Made by a program: the position numbers and the translations under genes
The notes under the pieces: generated by a model
Seen by the model: the letters and a program-made list of their open reading frames with translations, nothing else
What the model was told of the DNA's origin: nothing
Databases searched by the model: none
Source: a virus
Length of the DNA stretch: 64,000 nt
IMG/VR virus record: IMGVR_UViG_3300043313_001352
Location: 1-64,000 of that record
Reading direction: 5' to 3' (one strand)
Part shown: positions 62,352-64,000 of the stretch, piece after piece
How positions within the stretch are numbered: the stretch's first letter is position 1
Layout of the letters: each line of letters starts with the position of its first letter

Positions 62352-64000
62352 ACCAGCCTCCCGCCAACCATCAGCTTCCTCTTCTTGTCGTAGGTCATCC
62401 GCAGTGTTCGGCAGGTGTTCTCCAGCTCGTCGCGGGTCGCTGCCTTGCTGAGCTTGGGTGCATCCTCACCGGCGAACATCACCCAGGTGTTGAACGAGAC
62501 CACCATGTCGGCGTGGGTGAAGGTGTCCAGCGCACTGCCGGTGACCTCCAGGCAGGCGCCGGACCACTTCGCGAAGATGTTGTGCTTGGCCCGCTCGTCG
62601 GTGGCGGTCTCGGCCCACGCCGAGGTGTCGCCCCAGCCGTGCTCGGCCCACGCCTTGGCACCCTCCAGCATCCAGGCCAGCGCCAGTCGTAGCTCGGCCG
62701 GTTGCCGGGTGATCTGTGACCTCAGGTCGGGGATCACCTCGCGCTCGCTCATCGAGTACTCGAAGGGGAAGAACTTCAGCCGCCGCCAGACCGCCTCGTC
62801 GGGGATCTCCAGCGCGTGGTTGGTGGAGAGCCACAGCGAGCACTCCGGCACGAAGGAGATCTCCTCCTTGCCGTAGGGCAGCCGCCCGGACAGCGAGTCG
62901 CCCCCGGACAGGCTCTTCAGCATCGGCAGGTTGACCTCGGCCTTCATCGGCGGCTCGGAGAAGGTCAGCACCCGCTGGCCCACGATCGCGGCCACCGAGA
63001 AGTCCGGGTTGCCCTTGTCCCCGAACAGCAGGTTGTGGCTCATCGCCTTGCCGTAGGAGCCGACCACCTTGAGCAGGATCTCGCTGAACGTCGACTTGCC
63101 CGAGCGGGTCGGGCCTTTCAGCACGAAGACCGCGTCCACGTCGCCGTCCACACCGCGGCGTCCGTACAGCGAGGCTCCGGCCGCGCGTTGCAGCAGCCGG
63201 AGGTTGTCGGGTCCCATCTGGTGTTCCAGGTCGGTGACGAACTTGTGGAACCAGCGTCCTTGCCCACCCTCGGAGGCCACGTCCCACAGGTGCTTGAACT
63301 CCCCACCTGGCCCGTCGTCGTACGGCGCCCCCAACGCCTTCGAGACCCGCCTGGTCCGGGCGTCCAGCTCGCATTCACCTGTCCGCAGATTCACCAGCCG
63401 CCCGATCCCGGCCGTCACCGGCAGCCCGGCGATCCAGCCCTCGGCGTCCCAGTTCAAGGCCGAGGGCACCAGCACCCGCTCGTCGGACTGCAGGTCGCCC
63501 AGGATCGAGGCGGTGGGTCGCTGCTGGGCCTTGCCCGCCCACTTGAACGCGTCCTTGCTCAGAGTGTCCTTGCCGTCCAGCTTGGACTGCCTGCCCTCGG
63601 CCAGGTGGATGTCGGGCATGTCCATGCAGTAGGACTTCAGCATCGTCTCGCTGCGCTCCGGCCCACCCCAGCCGGACTCGGTCCAGACCCGCCAGGACAA
63701 CCCTGGTGTGTAGAGCATCTTGTCGCCGTGGGTGTCGATCAGCCGCCGTACATCGCCGCGTCGGGTGTAGGTCCGCGGATCCCCGCCCACCAGCGGAGTC
63801 CCAGGACGTGTCCGCCACGGGTCGTCCCGGTCGATCCGGGCGACGTCGTCGACCAGCCCGGCCGCGGTCAGACGCATCATCAGCGCCGAGGTGGCATTGG
63901 TCAGTCCGGCGATCGGGTCGACCAGCACCTTCGAGCCGCCGGACCACTCATAGCCTGCCCTGGGCGCCAGTACCGCGAACGCGCCGTCACCGAGCACCCA
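62348..64000 (-). CDS. D5/P4-type primase-helicase (SF3), 5' end outside window
   Basis: GPTRSGKST Walker A, FSEP, LKSLSGGDSLSGR, STNH, AVWRRLKFFPF. Confidence 0.9.
   Translation of the reverse strand, partial: WVLGDGAFAVLAPRAGYEWSGGSKVLVDPIAGLTNATSALMMRLTAAGLVDDVARIDRDDPWRTRPGTPLVGGDPRTYTRRGDVRRLIDTHGDKMLYTPGLSWRVWTESGWGGPERSETMLKSYCMDMPDIHLAEGRQSKLDGKDTLSKDAFKWAGKAQQRPTASILGDLQSDERVLVPSALNWDAEGWIAGLPVTAGIGRLVNLRTGECELDARTRRVSKALGAPYDDGPGGEFKHLWDVASEGGQGRWFHKFVTDLEHQMGPDNLRLLQRAAGASLYGRRGVDGDVDAVFVLKGPTRSGKSTFSEILLKVVGSYGKAMSHNLLFGDKGNPDFSVAAIVGQRVLTFSEPPMKAEVNLPMLKSLSGGDSLSGRLPYGKEEISFVPECSLWLSTNHALEIPDEAVWRRLKFFPFEYSMSEREVIPDLRSQITRQPAELRLALAWMLEGAKAWAEHGWGDTSAWAETATDERAKHNIFAKWSGACLEVTGSALDTFTHADMVVSFNTWVMFAGEDAPKLSKAATRDELENTCRTLRMTYDKKRKLMVGGRLV

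Overview
High-GC, gene-dense segment of a large tailed phage of Actinobacteria (virion genome, prophage or phage-plasmid; no host housekeeping genes, rRNA, tRNA or CRISPR seen). Layout: (i) 1-4061, minus strand: portal (truncated), DUF1360-like, DUF6378-like and large terminase; (ii) 4176-24478, plus strand: about 45 small, often translationally coupled genes (HigA-like HTH, GIY-YIG, LAGLIDADG-like, metallophosphoesterase, four secreted proteins); (iii) 25600-26220: non-coding, CG-poor repeat/hairpin segment; (iv) 26230-52910: an early/host-takeover-like region built of repeated expression units; (v) a dif-like site at 53100-53127; (vi) a mostly minus-strand block ending in a D5/P4-type primase-helicase. 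The main observation is in (iv). A 17-bp box, CACTGACGTTTACGCAG (21 plus-strand copies, about one per kb from 26.6 to 40.8 kb), sits upstream of extended -10 promoters at distances that fall into about 10.5-bp steps (41-44, 53-54, 62-65, 73-75 bp). Almost every -10 overlaps a covarying inverted repeat and is followed by a conserved AACGACG-AAGGAC leader. The same box is written in-frame into the phage's sigma-factor gene and into its RNA polymerase alpha-CTD-like gene, and a stem-loop at 44538-44613 displays the antisense of the shared leader. Together these suggest a phage-encoded activator/alpha-CTD/sigma/sRNA regulatory circuit; function is inferred, not shown. All domain calls are by eye and all coordinates were hand-counted.
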